Program-made: the position numbers and the translations under genes
Notes under the pieces: model-generated
Seen by the model: only the letters and a program-made list of their open reading frames with translations
The model's database searches: none
What the model was told of the DNA's origin: nothing
Shown here: piece after piece, positions 19,971 through 33,014 of the stretch
Layout: the number at the start of each line of letters is the position of its first letter
How positions within the stretch are numbered: position 1 is the stretch's first letter
Assembly: GCA_963754085.1 (NCBI GenBank)
Contig: CAVWFA010000003.1
Span: 135,854-199,853, forward strand
DNA: 64,000 nt
Source: Candidatus Aminicenantes bacterium
GTDB taxonomy: Bacteria; Acidobacteriota; Aminicenantia; Aminicenantales; Saccharicenantaceae
Direction: 5' to 3'

Positions 19971-21194
19971 ATGAGAGCCCCCGACCCCACGAGCCCGTAT
20001 TTCATCGATTTCCCCGGCCGCGTCCGCGCTCTGCAGGCTGAAATGGCCAAGGCCGGGATCGATGTCTACCTCGGGTCCCGCCTCCGGACGCTGTCCTGGC
20101 TGCTGGACGCCTTCTGCCCCTGGCGGAGCTTCGTCGTCGTCCCCGCCGAAGGCCCGCCGGCCGCCTTCACCTTCGTCATCGACGCCGCCCGGGTCGCCGA
20201 CGAGACCTGGCTCCCGGAGGACCGCGTCTTCGGCTTCGCTCCCATGGGCGGCCAGGACCAGATCGAGCTCATCTCCGATTTCATCAAGGACCTGCTCAAG
20301 GGCCGCGCGGGCCGCGTCGGCATCGAGAGCGGCATGTCGAACTACCTGCCCGAGGGCAACCTGACCCACTACGAGTACGAGCGCTTCCGCGACGCTCTCG
20401 CGGGTTCCGAGCTGGTCAACGCCCACGACCTGGTCGACCGGCTGTCGCTCATCAAGGACTCCGGCACGATCGCCCGCTTCCGCGAGGCCTCGCGGATCGT
20501 CGACGTCGGGCATCAGGCGGTCTTCGAGGCTCTGAAGAACGGCGGCTGGAAGGGGCTGACCGAGACCGAGATCGCGGGTCTCGCCGCCCTGGCCATGCGC
20601 CGGGCCGGGAGCGAATGGGAGTGGTCGTTCACGGGAGGCAACGAGATCGCCTCGGGCTACCGGACGGGTTTCACCGGCGGGGCCTGCACGCCGGCCACGC
20701 GCCGCGAGCTCCGGGCGGGAGAGCCGCTCATGGTCGACATCCACGCCATGTTCATGCTCGGCCTCGGGGACCATTCGCACAATTACCTGGTCGCACCCGC
20801 GAGCGAGCGGCAGCTCTGGCACGCCCGCAACTTCACCGACATCGTGGCCCTGACCCTCGAGACCTATCGGGCCGGCATCAGCCCCTCCGAGCTGGCCGAG
20901 CGGATGATCGGCTTCGCCGAGAGCCGCGGCTTCGCCGACTATATGGTCCCGGGCTTCGAGCACGGCATCGGGATGACGGGCGACGAGTGGCGGATCGGGA
21001 TGAACGACGGCCCCTTCCCCTACTGGACCAACCCCGACCACCGCTACCGGGAGAACGAGCTCCTGATCTGCGCCATGCAATACGCCTGCCCCGAGGAGAA
21101 TATCGGCTTCCGTTACGAGAATCCCATCGTCATTCTGGGCGATGGCTGCGAGCACCTGTCCAAGTTCCCCCTGGGGGTGGACGTCATCGCCTGA
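19971..21194 (+). CDS. M24 family metallopeptidase (Xaa-Pro peptidase / creatinase-like)
   Basis: 407 aa. Creatinase/prolidase-like N-domain followed by the pita-bread domain (MVDIHAMF.., GFEHGIGM, MQYACPEE). Confidence 0.85.
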   Translation: MRAPDPTSPYFIDFPGRVRALQAEMAKAGIDVYLGSRLRTLSWLLDAFCPWRSFVVVPAEGPPAAFTFVIDAARVADETWLPEDRVFGFAPMGGQDQIELISDFIKDLLKGRAGRVGIESGMSNYLPEGNLTHYEYERFRDALAGSELVNAHDLVDRLSLIKDSGTIARFREASRIVDVGHQAVFEALKNGGWKGLTETEIAGLAALAMRRAGSEWEWSFTGGNEIASGYRTGFTGGACTPATRRELRAGEPLMVDIHAMFMLGLGDHSHNYLVAPASERQLWHARNFTDIVALTLETYRAGISPSELAERMIGFAESRGFADYMVPGFEHGIGMTGDEWRIGMNDGPFPYWTNPDHRYRENELLICAMQYACPEENIGFRYENPIVILGDGCEHLSKFPLGVDVIA

Positions 21195-21277
21195 CGGAAC
21201 GGGCCCGACGTCCTGGACCGGCCGGGCCTTTCGTCGAGTCCGGCGACCCCCTGGCCGCCGCGCCGGGCGTACTTCGG

Positions 21278-23158
21278 CTAGGGCCGGACCTCCCCGGCGA
21301 TCACCTCGATGCGCGTGCCCAGACGGATCATGATGGCGACGAGGAACCGCTGCGCGTCGCTCAGCTCGGCCCGGCGCGTGACGCCCAGCCGGGCCAGGGC
21401 GGGCCGGTCGGAGATGAGGCCGTCGGCCCCGAAGCTCATCGTCTGGAGGATCGCAGCCGGCGCGTTGACGGTCCAGACGTAGACGTCCCGCCCGGCGCGG
21501 TGGGCCTTGCGGATGAACCTCACGGTGGCCATGCCCGCTTCGATCCCCACGAAGTCCGAAGGGACGGTCAGGATGTTCCCCAGGGTCTTGGCCACGAGCA
21601 GTCCGACGCGCCAGTCCGGACGCAGCCGTTTGATCTTGGCGGCCATGTCGTGGTCGAGGGACATGAACTCGCAATCCTTTTCCATCCCGGCGGCCTCGAC
21701 GAGGGCCACGACCTTCTCCTCGAGCCGGTCGTTGTGGCCGTAGGATTTCAGCTCGACGAGGACGCGGACCTTGCCCTTGGCGGCCGCCAGCACCTCGGCC
21801 AATGTGGGCACCCCCTCGCCCGCGTACTTGGGGTCGACGCGGCTGCCGATGTCCACGGCCCGGAGCTCGGCCGCGGTCATCTCCCAGATCTTTCGGGGCG
21901 GGCCGCCGAGCTTCATGAGGTCGCTGTCGTGGACGACGACCACCTCCCCGTCCGCGGACTCCTGGACGTCGAGCTCGATGTAGTCGGCGTCCTGCTCGAT
22001 CGCCAGGCGGAAAGCCGCCATCGTGTTCTCGGGCGCCTCGGCCGACGCGCCGCGGTGGGCGATCACGGCGACCGGGCGCTGGGTCCGGGTGGCCAGAAAA
22101 AGCAGCAGGGCGATGCCGGCCGCAGCGAGGAGGCCCAGCGCGGCCACCCCGGCCAGGGCGCGCGGCCTCAGCTTGTGGAGAAGGCCCTTGCGCGCCTCCT
22201 CCGGCGTTGTCCGGGGCACCTGGGGCTCCCCGGAGGGGCCCGCCGCCAGGTAGGCCCGGCCCAGCGCGAGCGAGGCGAACGAGGTCTGGAAGACCGAAGC
22301 CGCGAGCGTCAGGACGGCCCACAGCGCCAGCAGGACGGTCAGGAAGGCAAGGACCAGGGGGAGGGAGCCGCCCAGGAGCGGCACGACGGTGCGGCCGACG
22401 AGCCTCATCAGGGACGTCACGGCAAACCCCAAGACCTGGGCGACGATCACCCAGAAGACCATGACGATGGCGATCACCGGCCGGTGGCCCGTAACGCGCT
22501 TGGCGCTCGCGCCGAGCGCACGGCGGGGATGGACGCCCTCGAACAGGACCAGAGGGAGGGCCAGCGACCAGCGCAGGGCCGTCCGGATGAGCAGGGCGAT
22601 GAGGACGAGGCCGACGACCCCGGCGATGGCGGCGGCCGCCCAAAGCGCGGGCGGCTTTTCCGCGAGGTAGAAGTTGATGTCGTAGCGCCTCAACAGCGCG
22701 AAATAGTCCCCGCCAAGGACGAGCAGGAACGGCACGAGCCCGATGAGAAGGCGCAGGACCATGTGCCCGACGAGCCGGAGGACCGCCTGCGCTTTCTTGG
22801 CCCCGAACGCGAGGGCGGTCCGGGGCAGGAGCTCGTCGCCGCGGGCCGCGGCCAGGCCGGTCGCCATCAGGCATGTGACTTCGAGCGCCGTGATGGTGCC
22901 GAGGAGCGCTCCCCCCAGGATCAGGGCCACGAGCCCGGCAGGGGTGTTCAGGAAGAACTGGACGATGTCGGCGTCGGCCACGACCTTGCTGCCGGTCCGG
23001 GATAGGAGCCATTTCAAGAAGAGTGCGGTCACCGGAGCGAGCAGGGCGAAGGCGATGAGCCGGTAAATGAGCGAGGTCGCCGCGAGCGCCTTCCAGGATT
23101 TGCCCAAGTCGCGGAGCGTCGCCTTGATGATCTCAACTGCCCTGTGCCACATATTCAC
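21278..23158 (-). CDS. membrane-anchored glycerophosphodiester phosphodiesterase
   Basis: 626 aa. Multi-TM N-terminal domain followed by a GDPD catalytic domain (VIAHRGASAEAPENT, ELDVQESADGEVVVVHD). Confidence 0.85.
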   Translation of the reverse strand: MNMWHRAVEIIKATLRDLGKSWKALAATSLIYRLIAFALLAPVTALFLKWLLSRTGSKVVADADIVQFFLNTPAGLVALILGGALLGTITALEVTCLMATGLAAARGDELLPRTALAFGAKKAQAVLRLVGHMVLRLLIGLVPFLLVLGGDYFALLRRYDINFYLAEKPPALWAAAAIAGVVGLVLIALLIRTALRWSLALPLVLFEGVHPRRALGASAKRVTGHRPVIAIVMVFWVIVAQVLGFAVTSLMRLVGRTVVPLLGGSLPLVLAFLTVLLALWAVLTLAASVFQTSFASLALGRAYLAAGPSGEPQVPRTTPEEARKGLLHKLRPRALAGVAALGLLAAAGIALLLFLATRTQRPVAVIAHRGASAEAPENTMAAFRLAIEQDADYIELDVQESADGEVVVVHDSDLMKLGGPPRKIWEMTAAELRAVDIGSRVDPKYAGEGVPTLAEVLAAAKGKVRVLVELKSYGHNDRLEEKVVALVEAAGMEKDCEFMSLDHDMAAKIKRLRPDWRVGLLVAKTLGNILTVPSDFVGIEAGMATVRFIRKAHRAGRDVYVWTVNAPAAILQTMSFGADGLISDRPALARLGVTRRAELSDAQRFLVAIMIRLGTRIEVIAGEVRP

Positions 23159-23263
23159 CTCCCGGGGACCCTCCGCTCTCGGGCGAAGCCGGGGACGCCC
23201 GGCTTCGGACGCAGAAGGAACTTTGCCATGGGCCCATAAAGCCCCAAATGGCCGGATGCGTCA

Positions 23264-23281
23264 ATGGGACGTTGGTCCCAT
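23264..23281. repeat. GGGAC-type hairpin ATGGGAC-gttg-GTCCCAT
   Basis: 7-bp perfect stem read from the sequence. It lies just beyond the displaced gyrA 3' remnant, so it may be the original gyrA terminator. Confidence 0.5.
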
Positions 23282-23305
23282 GCTGACCTGCCTGACTCGG
23301 GAACT

Positions 23306-23397
23306 GACGGCAGCCTCAACTCTCTTTGACCTTGGCGATCGAGCAGGCCCGGTCCTTGTCTTCGAGCTTGATGAGGCGGACGCCCTGGGTGGCCCGG
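23306..23397 (-). pseudogene. displaced copy of the gyrA 3' end (last 28 codons, stop and 10 nt of trailer); left copy of a 92-bp direct repeat
   Basis: Hand alignment with 24171-24262 gives 86 of 92 identical. On the minus strand it reads ..RATQGVRLIKLEDKDRACSIAKVKES-stop, against RATQGVRLIKLEDKDRACSIAKVRES-stop in the functional gyrA. Confidence 0.8.
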
Positions 23398-23448
23398 TCG
23401 GCCGCTAAGGCTATTTTTGACCGCGGCCTTATGTGCTATAAGTACCCC

Positions 23449-23787
23449 ATGAAGATCGTCGATTCCCAGATCACGTTGAGCGAGCTCAAGGTCTTGGCCG
23501 AAGGGCGCTTCGGAAATCTGGTCAAAGCCGTTGTGGACATCGAGCGAAGGATCATGGCCATCGACGGGGAGCTCCACGCGGACGAGGAAGCGCTCCTGTT
23601 GGAGAACGGGTCCCTCCAGGAGAACCTCTGGGGGATCAACATCTATCCTGAGCTGGAAGGCCCGGAGCGGATCGAATTCGATTCGGTCATCAATATCCGC
23701 CCCTCTCAGGGGAACCTCTCCCGCGGCGTCGATGATCCCGCAGTCCGAGAGAGGGTCATTCAAACCGTCTTGGGATTGATGAAATGA
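23449..23787 (+). CDS. small conserved protein, resembles the family I recall as DUF5674
   Basis: ORF 23326..23787. The start was moved to MKIVDSQ (in frame) because the upstream part of the ORF is the antisense of the gyrA remnant. Motifs AVVDIERRIMAIDGELHADEEALLLENGS.QENLWGINIYPE and NIRPSQGN. The family name is from memory and unverified. Confidence 0.65.
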   Translation: MKIVDSQITLSELKVLAEGRFGNLVKAVVDIERRIMAIDGELHADEEALLLENGSLQENLWGINIYPELEGPERIEFDSVINIRPSQGNLSRGVDDPAVRERVIQTVLGLMK

Positions 23788-24134
23788 CTCCCCCGCAGCA
23801 CGAAACGCTCGCGGCCGGCCGGTGGCAGGCTTTCTCCCTGGTCGAACAATTGGCCAACGTCGGGAGCGAGGTCGAGCGAGCCCTCAATTGGCTCGACAAG
23901 CGAAATCCCGAATACAGCCGGCTGGCCTTCCTCCGGGCGCTGGAACTCCTCAATCTGACCATTGCCGATCCCCGGCATCGGCGCCGCCTCAAAGAGCTGA
24001 CCCGTTTGCGGGAAGCCCTTCTCGACTTCTTCCTCGGGGATAACGCATTCAAGTCGACCGGAAAGAGCTGGCGCGACTACTTCTACGGTTTCGCCTACGC
24101 GGCGGCCTTGAGCAGGACGCACAACCGGCTCTGA
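23784..24134 (+). CDS. hypothetical all-helical 116-aa protein, translationally coupled to the preceding gene
   Basis: ATGA overlap with the preceding gene. Sequence MTPPQHETLAAGRWQAFSLVEQLANVGSEVERALNWL... No family recognised with confidence. Any resemblance to a MazG-like helix is only an impression. Confidence 0.55.
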   Translation: MTPPQHETLAAGRWQAFSLVEQLANVGSEVERALNWLDKRNPEYSRLAFLRALELLNLTIADPRHRRRLKELTRLREALLDFFLGDNAFKSTGKSWRDYFYGFAYAAALSRTHNRL

Positions 24135-24180
24135 TCGCCGTCGAGCCCTAAGTCGCGTAGCGCAGGATTCGACGGCAGGC

Positions 24181-29063
<4,883 letters not shown>

Positions 29064-29134
29064 TCACTAATAAAAAAATACGGGCTCCCGGGTCGTCTGC
29101 CACCCAGGTCCCGGCGGGCATTTTCCGAGAAAAT

Positions 29135-29164
29135 ATTATAGCAAAAAAGCGGCTCTGAAAGCAA
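29135..29164 (-). promoter_or_regulatory. candidate gyrB promoter (TTGCTT-18-TATAAT) with an AT-rich upstream tract
   Basis: On the minus strand, TATAAT is at 29140-29135 and TTGCTT at 29164-29159. A strongly AT-rich tract at 29165-29215 could act as an UP element. Confidence 0.4.
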
Positions 29165-29233
29165 GGTTATTCTTCGTTTTTCATGAATTTTAATTCATTT
29201 TTAATCAATATTTTACGAGCGTTCTTCAGGATG

Positions 29234-29289
29234 CGGCCACTGCCCCTTAATGGGGTCATCGAAAGGGACGCTCAAAGGGGCCGTTTTTT
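29234..29289 (+). terminator. orphan stem-loop plus T6 tract (candidate attenuator or small RNA 3' end)
   Basis: Outer pairing CGGCC (29234-38) with GGCCG (29279-83). Inner hairpin CCCC-ttaat-GGGG. Followed by TTTTTT at 29284-29289. There is no plus-strand gene upstream for it to terminate. Confidence 0.3.
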
Positions 29290-29313
29290 CTCACAGTTAG
29301 GAGGGGTTAGGAA

Positions 29314-29406
29314 GGGGTCAAACCTACACTTTTCCAGTTTTCCTGGGTCCGGAAGAGGCGCCTCCTGCCCCTGCTTCGAAAACTTGAAAAGTGTAGGTTT
29401 GACCCC
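29314..29406. repeat. long inverted repeat: 29-nt arms (1 mismatch) around a 35-nt loop
   Basis: GGGGTCAAACCTACACTTTTC (29314-34) pairs with GAAAAGTGTAGGTTTGACCCC (29386-406). The arms extend a further 8 nt with one mismatch. The loop contains the palindrome GAGGCGCCTC. Confidence 0.8.
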
Positions 29407-29413
29407 GTCTTGC

Positions 29414-29422
29414 TGATATAAT
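29414..29422 (+). promoter_or_regulatory. extended -10 element TGATATAAT, ending 6 nt before the GTPase ATG (possible leaderless transcript)
   Basis: Read directly from the sequence. The ATG is at 29429 and I see no Shine-Dalgarno motif in between. Confidence 0.4.
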
Positions 29423-29428
29423 TTTCCC

Positions 29429-30419
29429 ATGCCGGCGAATCTTCCGCCCGAATACCATAAGATCGAGGCCGAGCTGCGGACGGCCAAGACACCCGAAGAG
29501 AAGATCGACATTTACGAGCGGCTCATCCGCGTCATCCCCCACCACAAGGGCACGGACAAGCTCATCGCCATGTACCGGCAGAAGATCGCCAAGGCCCGGG
29601 AGGAGGGCGAACGGCGCGCCTCCATGGCCAGGCACGCCCCGACCCACAAGATCGAGAGATCGGGCGCCGGGCAGATCGTAGTGGCCGGGCCGCCGAACTC
29701 CGGAAAGTCGAGCCTGGTCAGGGCCCTGACCGGCGCCGACGTCGAGGTTGCCGAGTACCCCTTCACCACCCGCTCCCCCGCTCCCTTCATGATGCCGTTC
29801 GAGAACGTCAAGGTCCAGCTCGTCGATACGCCGCCCGTGACCGGCGAGCTCATGGAGACGTGGTTCCCGGAGATGGTCAAGATGGCCGATGCCGTCGTGC
29901 TCGTCGCCGACCTTACCGATCCCGACGCGGCGGCGACCCTCGAGGGCATCGTCGGCCGGCTCAAGGAACGCCGGGTCGAGCTCCTCCGGGCCGACGCGGA
30001 TGTCCCGCCCCCCTACTTCCCGTTCCGCAAGCGGACGGTCCTCGCGGCCAACAAGATCGACGCCGAGGGCGCCCCGCGGGCGTTCGAGGACCTCGGCACT
30101 GCTCCTCGACGGACCGTACGAGCGGCTGGCCGTCTCGGCGACGGACGGCCGGGGCCTCGAGACTCTGCGCCGGACCGTCTTCGGCCTGTTGCGCGTCGTC
30201 CGTGTGTACAGCAAGATCCCGGGCAAGAAGCCGGAGAAGGATTCCCCCTTCACGCTCAGGGTCGGGAGCACGGTCATGGACATGGCCAAGGCGGTCCACA
30301 AGGACTTCTCGGAGAAGCTCCAGTACGCCCGGGTCTGGAACGCGGCCGGGCTCGACGGCCTGCGGGTCAACCGCGACTACGTCCTCGCCGACGAGGACGT
30401 CGTCGAGCTCCACATCTGA
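29429..30419 (+). CDS. OBG/DRG-family GTPase with C-terminal TGS domain, frame broken by a 1-nt insertion near 30092-30104
   Basis: ORF 29429.. gives G1 GPPNSGKSS, G3 DTPP and G4 NKID. ORF 29889..30419, in another frame, gives LLLDGPYERLAVSATDGRGLETL.. and the TGS-like end (RVYSKIPGKK.. VWNAAGLDGLRVNRDYVLADEDVVELHI). Length is 991 nt, which is 3n+1. Confidence 0.85.
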
Positions 30420-30425
30420 GCGGCA

Positions 30426-30458
30426 AGAGGGACAGTCCCCGCAGGGGACTGTCCCTCT
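30426..30458. terminator. bidirectional hairpin AGAGGGACAGTCCCC-gca-GGGGACTGTCCCTCT between convergent genes
   Basis: Perfect 15-bp stem with a 3-nt loop, between the stop at 30419 (+) and the stop at 30463 (-). Confidence 0.75.
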
Positions 30459-30462
30459 GCTC

Positions 30463-32017
30463 TTATCGGAAGTTCAAGACCGGCTCGTCGCTGATGTCCA
30501 TGATGGTCATGAACAGGAGCTGGGCCAGGTCCTCCATGATCTCCGGCGTGACGAGCTCGATCGATGTCGCGCGTGTTGTGATAGGTCGGCAAGGGAGACT
30601 GCGGTCCGCCGAAGGACCCGAAGGTCAGCGAAGGCACGCCCTTCCAGAAGAACCAGGCCGAGTCCTGTCGCGGCCGGGCCGGGTAGGAGGCCGGGTACGT
30701 GTTCAGCACCCGGTGGATGAAGCCCTTGTTGGCTTTCTCGACGAACTCCCAGAACTTGGGATAGTTCGTCCCGCCCGAGGCGCCGATCTTGTCGCCCGAG
30801 CCGGGGCCTTCCATATTGAGGAACACGACGGTCTTGTCGAGCGGGTAGATGGGGTGCTCAGTGTAATAGTGCGAGCCTTCGGTCCCCTGGTCCTCGCTCT
30901 GCTCCTCGCTGCCGAAGAAAAAGAACATGACGGTCCGCTTGGGCTTGACGGCGCACTTGGCCATGGCCTCGGCCACGCCCAGCGTGACGGCGGCCGCCGT
31001 GGCGTTGTCGTTCGCCCCCGGCAGGAGCTTCCACAGCCGGCCCAGGTGGTCGAGGTGGCCGCCGACGATGATGACCTCGTCCTTGAGCAAGGGGTCCGTG
31101 CCCTCGATCTTGCCGATGAGGTTGATGCCGACGCCGTCGGGGTGGTGCTCACTCTTGTTGCCGATGGTCATCGTCTTGCCCGTGGCGAAGGACTGGGGCT
31201 TGAGCTCCTTGCGGATCCGGCCGACGACGTCGTCGTGGCTCTTGCCCGTGCCGGCGAAGACATCCGTGACGACGGCCTTGCCGACGTGGTGATAGACGAA
31301 GCCCTCGACGTAGGCGTTGTTGGGATTGCCGATGGGCCCGTAATTGTAGATCATCCCGGCCGCCCCGTGCGAGGCGGCGTTCTTGAGCTTGTATTGATGG
31401 AAGGAATAGGGACGCCACTTCTTAAAGAGCTCCAGCGTCTTCTCGCCCGGCCCGACCGGGACCTCGGACTCCATCAGGACGATCTTGCCCTTGACGTCGA
31501 CGCCCTTGTAGTCGTCGTAGCCAAGCTCGGGCGCGGTGACGCCGTAGCCGACATAGACGACCTCGGCCGTGACCCGGCCGGTGCCCGTCGTGCCGCCGGG
31601 CATGAACTCGTCCTCGTACTGGTAGGACTTCTTGACGACACCGTCCTTGCCGGCCGGCACATTCAGCTCGCAGACGCCGCCCGGGAAAACGATGGTATAG
31701 GGATTCGGGAAGAGCTGCCGGTAGGTCCCGTTCTCGCCGCCGGGCTGGACGCCCCAGCCCTTGAGCAGGGACTCGACCCACTCGACGCAGGCCTCGTACT
31801 CCTTGGTGCCGGTCAGACGGCCGCCGTACTTCTCGGAGACCATCTCCTTGACGTATTCGTAAAGCGGCTGGCTCTGGATGAGGTGCATGGCTTCGAGGAT
31901 CTTGGCCTCGTCGGTCGCCGGGGGCGCGGCCTGGCGGGACGGCTGGGCGGCGAGGGGGAGCCCCGCGAGGACGAGCCCGAGGGCGAGAACGGTCAGGGAA
32001 CGGCGCGTCAGCTTCAT
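30463..32017 (-). CDS. M28 family peptidase with PA domain (secreted), frame broken by a 1-nt insertion near 30553-30572
   Basis: Start MKLTRR at 32017 (in frame with ORF 30377..32170, GGAGG upstream, signal peptide). Contains GGHLDH and GANDNA motifs. After ..YHNTRDID the track frame becomes Arg/Gly/His junk. The adjacent frame reads ELVTPEIMEDLAQLLFMTIMDISDEPVLNFR-stop (TAA 30463-65), which parallels the paralog's C-terminus. Length is 1555 nt, which is 3n+1. Confidence 0.85.
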
Positions 32018-32168
32018 GTCGATGCCTCCTTCAAAAAATTGAATTGTATGCCAAGTCCCGGCGCATGCCAAGCTAAAACCTGCGGCCGGACGGGCGCCCG
32101 GCCAGATTTGATTCTCCCGGCCGCTTCTGCTATTTTGGCCTTTTCGGACCGATATCAAGGAGGCTCTC

Positions 32169-32729
32169 ATGACCCGTCACATTCTTCCCGTCCTCGTCGC
32201 CGTGTCCCTCTTCGCCGCCGGACTGGCCCTGGCCCAGGCGCCGGCCGCCAATCCCAAGGTCCTGCTCAAGACCTCCATGGGCGACATCACCCTCGAGCTC
32301 AATCCGGCCAAGGCGCCGATAACGGTCAAGAACATCCTGGGTTACGTCGAAGCCAAGTTTTACGACGGGCTCATCTTCCACCGCGTCATCCCCAACTTCA
32401 TGATCCAGTGCGGCGGACTGACGGCCGAGATGAGCAACAAGCAGGGCAATCCCTCGATCAAGAACGAATCCGGCAACGGCCTGAAGAACGCCCGCGGCTC
32501 CGTGGCCATGGCCCGGACGAACGAGCTCGACAGCGCCACGAGCCAGTTCTTCATCAACCTCGTCGACAATTTCGGGCTCGATGATATGAAGTATTGCGTG
32601 TTCGGCAAGGTCGTCGCGGGGATGGACGTCGTCGACAAGATCGCGGCCGTCCGGACCGGGAGCAAGCGCGGCCACGGGGACGTCCCCCTCGAGCCGATCA
32701 CCATCCTCTCGGCCACGGTCGTCAAATAG
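32169..32729 (+). CDS. periplasmic peptidyl-prolyl cis-trans isomerase, cyclophilin type
   Basis: 186 aa with a signal peptide. FHRVIPNFMIQCGG and SVAMARTN..SATSQFFI motifs. Confidence 0.95.
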   Translation: MTRHILPVLVAVSLFAAGLALAQAPAANPKVLLKTSMGDITLELNPAKAPITVKNILGYVEAKFYDGLIFHRVIPNFMIQCGGLTAEMSNKQGNPSIKNESGNGLKNARGSVAMARTNELDSATSQFFINLVDNFGLDDMKYCVFGKVVAGMDVVDKIAAVRTGSKRGHGDVPLEPITILSATVVK

Positions 32730-32732
32730 GCG

Positions 32733-32927
32733 GTGTTCAACACCATCTTCCCCTTCCTGCACCTGGCGGCCCTTCTGGCCGCCCTGGGCTATGCGGTCGT
32801 ATCTCTCCTTCAGGGGAACGTCCCCCGTTTCGGTCTGATCGTCGTTCTGCTGGCGATCTACTACGTCTTCGTCCTCCATCCGGCCGTGGTGAAGGAGATC
32901 AAGAGGAAGAAGGCGCTTAAGAAATGA
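32733..32927 (+). CDS. small two-TM membrane protein
   Basis: 64 aa. GTG start 4 nt after the cyclophilin stop. Two hydrophobic helices and a Lys-rich tail. No homology recognised. Confidence 0.4.
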   Translation: MFNTIFPFLHLAALLAALGYAVVSLLQGNVPRFGLIVVLLAIYYVFVLHPAVVKEIKRKKALKK

Positions 32928-32930
32928 TCA

Positions 32931-32962
32931 AGAGGGACAGTCCCCGTTCGGGGACAGTCCCT
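32931..32962. repeat. REP-like hairpin AGAGGGACAGTCCCC-gttc-GGGGACAGTCCCT
   Basis: Same 15-mer as at 30426. The second arm pairs with one central A:A mismatch. It lies directly after the stop at 32927. Confidence 0.6.
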
Positions 32963-33014
32963 GGGCATCCCCGTTCGCATTTACATTTGGGGGGGAAGCG
33001 ATTAGAATCGGGGC

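Noticed and set aside
29429-32584. The 1051-aa ORF as one giant protein.
   Set aside because: Only the first ~220 codons look like a protein (the GTPase G domain). The rest is the product of a frameshift that reads antisense through the M28 peptidase gene.
30426-32962. The GGGAC/GTCCC repeats as a CRISPR array.
   Set aside because: The copies are dispersed singly or in inverted pairs kilobases apart. There is no regular repeat-spacer structure and there are no cas genes.
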